Origin: Hydrolagus colliei
Lineage: Eukaryota
Assembly (NCBI GenBank): GCA_035084275.1
Contig: CM068755.1
Span: forward strand, 13,082,001 to 13,146,000
Reading direction: 5' to 3'
DNA length: 64,000 nucleotides
Made by a program: the position numbers and the translations under genes. Each line of letters starts with the position of its first letter. The first letter of the stretch is position 1. Shown here one piece after another: positions 63,096-64,000 of the stretch. The notes beneath the pieces are model-generated. The model was not told where the DNA came from, searched no databases, and worked only from the letters and a program-made list of their open reading frames with translations.

Positions 63096-64000
63096 ATGTC
63101 TGCTGTCCTAATAATTCCAAATCAGTAGTTTTCTTCGCACTGTGGGTGTTTTGGATTGTAGCTTTGACTTTAATTCCCTATGATTTCAAGATGTTCTGAA
63201 AATTCCTAACTTCACTTAATCAATCCTCACATGCTTGCAACTCAAAACTGCGCCAAGAGAGAAAAAAATAGTTTGCCCAATAATCTTAGTCGATGCCACG
63301 CTGTGTCTCACCATTGGGGTGAAATTAGAGGCGTTTGATAACAATTATCACTTTGAATGTGTCGTGACGTGCCGCTTGCTGATTTACTCCCGTGATGTGT
63401 GAAACAATGGATCCTGTAAAGAAAGAGGCTTGTTGTAACTCAACCGAGTCGTACTACGCAACACTGAGATTTCTTTAAATTATTCCAGTTTAGACTTGGC
63501 CTTTGCTTCTCTCCCTCACGCACGCGCTCAGTCCAAGTCTGGTCAGTAATTCGGTGCCATAAACAGAACTGTGACATGTTCTGCTCTGATCAGTCAATAG
63601 ATGGGGAGAGTGGCAAAGTGGAATCTCCCTTTGATTTCCCTCATCCCTGGGGGAAAGAACACTTCCACAAGGCAGTACAGTACCAGCTGAGACTGGAAAG
63701 TCACTGTGTCGGTAAGCTCAGCTTTGATCCCAAGTCCTGTTTCCCCCGCAGTGTGGTGTTATCCATGCTATTGCTGGGCTATTGCTCCATCAAGGCATCT
63801 ATTTGAAATAAATACGTACAATTTTGAACTGAAGACAATTGTTAAAAATTGCATTACAGTTTTACTATATGGACTCCACAAGGTGCCATTTTGCAAGAAC
63901 TCAATGTCAAATCTAAACCAGCTGGAAACAGTCATGTACATCATACCATGCCAGCAGGTTGATTATAACACCAGCAAACTGAAACCAGGTTCCAAACCAG

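Noticed and set aside
1-64000. remaining 60-145 aa ORFs in the supplied track
   Set aside because: Lengths are as expected by chance with alternative starts, many lie in SINEs or low-complexity tracts, and none resembles a known protein family.

Overview
AT-rich, CpG-depleted eukaryotic DNA with no recognisable protein-coding gene. The repeat content points to a cartilaginous fish, most likely a holocephalan such as Callorhinchus; this is inferred from remembered repeat families, not from a search. The window holds about 25 copies or fragments of tRNA-derived Deu-domain SINEs in two head types, many 5'-truncated L2 and CR1 LINE 3' ends, three LF-SINE-like copies, one other ancient tRNA-SINE, and two or three Penelope-type fragments with decayed hammerhead-ribozyme cores. 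Between the repeat clusters lie long repeat-poor stretches that look like conserved non-coding enhancers (CNEs), as in a large intron or gene desert of a developmental regulator. Nearly all listed ORFs appear spurious; the exceptions are L2 ORF2 remnants. A few candidate spliced exons exist on both strands but none is confirmed. I found no clearly new biological system. The best leads are the modular SINE head, the hammerhead remnants, a structured CNE-like element at about 26.0 kb, two long palindromes and a possible minus-strand exon pair. Repeat boundaries are approximate.
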